Assembly: GCA_044892525.1 (NCBI GenBank)
Contig: CM097885.1
Span: 15,936,001 to 15,996,000 of the forward strand
Reading direction: 5' to 3'
DNA from: Schmidtea polychroa
Taxonomy: Eukaryota
DNA length: 60,000 bases
In this document: in pieces, positions 57,459-60,000 of the stretch
Position numbering within the stretch: position 1 is the stretch's first letter
How the letters are laid out: each line of letters starts with the position of its first letter
Program-made: the position numbers and the translations under genes
Notes under the pieces: generated by a model
The model's database searches: none
What the model was told of the DNA's origin: nothing
The model's input: the letters and a program-made list of their open reading frames with translations, nothing else

Positions 57459-60000
57459 AAAAAACATTTCAATAAAAAATTGATTTATTTTCGGTTTTGA
57501 TTTGTTTTATTGTTTGCCTTATTATTATTGATTTACTGACTTACTATGAGATGCCATCAATCTAATATTGCTAAGGGAAGCAACTACGAGGGGAACATGG
57601 GGAAATTCGGCAGCACTGATCGAAAGATGAGTTATGAGAATGAATGATCGCATCATCATTAATTGCAAGCTAAGATGGCTGCATTCTATCCACTGATAGA
57701 TTAGATTGATTTGCATTTGTAAATATTCTATGTGGCGGAGCGCTCATAGCAAATTGTCAATATCAATATCAATTATATCAATCTCGAGTCCGATTTACTA
57801 ATAATATTATTGTTAATATAATAATAATAATACTATAGTTACTCTGTATTGCTTCGCACACCATTTGCATTTGTAATGAGATCCTTTTTAAGAACTAGTG
57901 ACATGATTTTATATTAAATAATGTAACATTTCATAAATTTATTCACTTTTTCATTCTTTAAATTTTCAAATACAATATTATTAAAACAAAAAAGATTTCA
58001 TGTAAATTATTATTTAAATTCACAAATTTGATAAATTTTATGAATGAAGTTTACTTATTAATAAAACAACGAAATTTATCTTGAAATCTTGAAATTATAA
58101 AAAATATAAGATAATAAAACCACCAGGTGGATCTAAACTTGAAAGGGTACAAGAAATTATTTTGGAACTTGAAAATCATTAGGTACATCAGAAGTTGAAG
58201 ATTATTAAAATCAAACTTACAAGTTTTGGCATCAGTGGCTTAACCAAGGACGGGGGTTAGTGGTGTTAAACCTCCCATTGGATTTTACATGTTCAAATAT
58301 TTGTCGACGTTAAGTGCCTAAAGGATCATCCACCTACATTAGAAATAAAGACACTTTTTTATTTTATTTTATTGTAAATATTAACTGTGACATATGTCTT
58401 TACTCTATAGTCTACACTCTCAGTACATTGTGATTATTTATTTTGTTAAATTTTATTTTGGCTATTTTTTTCTGATGTTCAATAAGTTATCTCCGTACTT
58501 AATGGAGTCAGCGAATAACGTCATTATCAATACAGACATCTTTGTCATGAAGAGCTTCGCGCCTTCGAAACCCTTATACGTCCACGCTTGAAATACTTGA
58601 CCATAATAATAATAAATATTTCTCAACTCCAACCCCCTTCCCTTTCATAAATTCCTGGCTACGTTGGAATATTAATAGTGTTTCGGTTGGCAAATAACTC
58701 AGAATCTGGCGAGTGTTATTTTAATTGTTAGAGTCGCTGATAGATTTCTCATTAGCTCATACTTAAACGCTTATATGAATATTTTACATTTTACCATCAA
58801 TATACCCATGCCAACCGCCTTGTTTGGAATGTACGCAGTCATTGAAAATCATTAAGCAAGTGATCTCAATTTCAAAAGATGGGTTACGAGTTGTGAGAAC
58901 AATTTATGTTTATCTTTGCGAATGTAGGCCTTTTCCCGCCGTTACTCACACTTTACCCTATTTCCTTCATAACTCCGCATAACTATTGATTTTACCGCTA
59001 AATGCCCATCACAAGCGACAATGGTGCTGAAATTTAGTTGGCGGCTCCTTTATTGTCAGATGCCTGTTGTTGTTGTTATTTTCATAATTAAAAATTGAAA
59101 TATTAAATTTTAAAAACAATAAATAAATAGCAAGAATTGCCAGGAAAGAGGAAAACAATAACGATCGCAGCATTAAATTTATTATAAACTTTATGAATTT
59201 TATGAACATTGGGAAGATTTTATGATCTCAATTTATTTTATTTATTTGTGAAATTTAATAAACGCTATAAGGATAAGTTATTTGTTGTGGTAAATATTTA
59301 TTTATGGTAAATATTTATTCATTTTCATAGTTAATTACAAACATAAAATTTGCACTCGCCACAAGCAATTTGAACAAACAAACCCTCCAGCAGGACATAA
59401 GTATCAAAGAAGATGTAGCGCCCTATTTCATATTTCCCTATCCTCATTATGTTCACTTGACCAATCTATTTGCCGTTACTTGATACCTCAAATTTCTGAA
59501 TTTGGATTTGTACTTAAATAAATAAAGATTTGAAGTTGAAAAGGCAACATTAAACTATCAAAGGTTTCCTATCAGCTGCTTATTTCCATTTATGACGAAT
59601 TTAGCTTTAAAATTTATTTAGATTCAAAATGAAATGCTGTAAATTGCATTTGGATTAAAAAACAACTTTATTTCAAATTAGGCAAGCGACAGAATCAAAT
59701 GAATAAATAAGTAAAAGGAAATATTTATTAAGCATCAAATTCTCAATGTTTCCTATCGGGTAGGCTTGTTCGAGCAGATTCCAGCTTCCGGATCCTTTTT
59801 CACATGTACTTTATGCCATGAGGCTTTGCTGACTTCTTGTTTTCTATAGAGGAAGTCAATGTTGTTGATTGGTTAGCCTCGTGATGTCAGAGGAAATAGC
59901 GGGAAACAGTTCCATCTCTGAATAGGTGGAACGCCAATATTCACATGAATGCCTGCTCTCATCACGGATAGCCATTGGGCTTGTTTTTGGATGGTAATCT

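Overview
Very AT-rich eukaryotic (animal) DNA with short 42-55 bp GT-AG introns and abundant (ATT)n microsatellites. The composition and the TRAF expansion suggest a flatworm such as a planarian, but that is inference only. The window holds four segmentally duplicated TRAF-like genes (RING, zinc fingers, coiled coil, MATH; two look intact, two disabled) and a minus-strand GIGYF-like gene fragment with premature stops. Transposons include Gypsy, hAT and hATm elements, piggyBac/Tigger/hAT MITEs and Polinton/Maverick remnants. The stand-out is a young, non-autonomous BEL/Pao LTR element (17566-22835) inside an (ATT)n array. Its near-identical LTRs each contain an intronless DUSP12/YVH1-like phosphatase fragment. 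Its single ORF is tandem ubiquitin fused to Gag-protease, with RT/RNaseH/integrase replaced by an acidic tail. A related solo LTR (27327-28198; same TGTTTC start and GC palindrome, 6-bp target duplication, AAT-rich site) carries a different intronless cargo, a proteasome alpha subunit fragment. Together they suggest an LTR family whose LTRs act as exchangeable host-gene cassettes.
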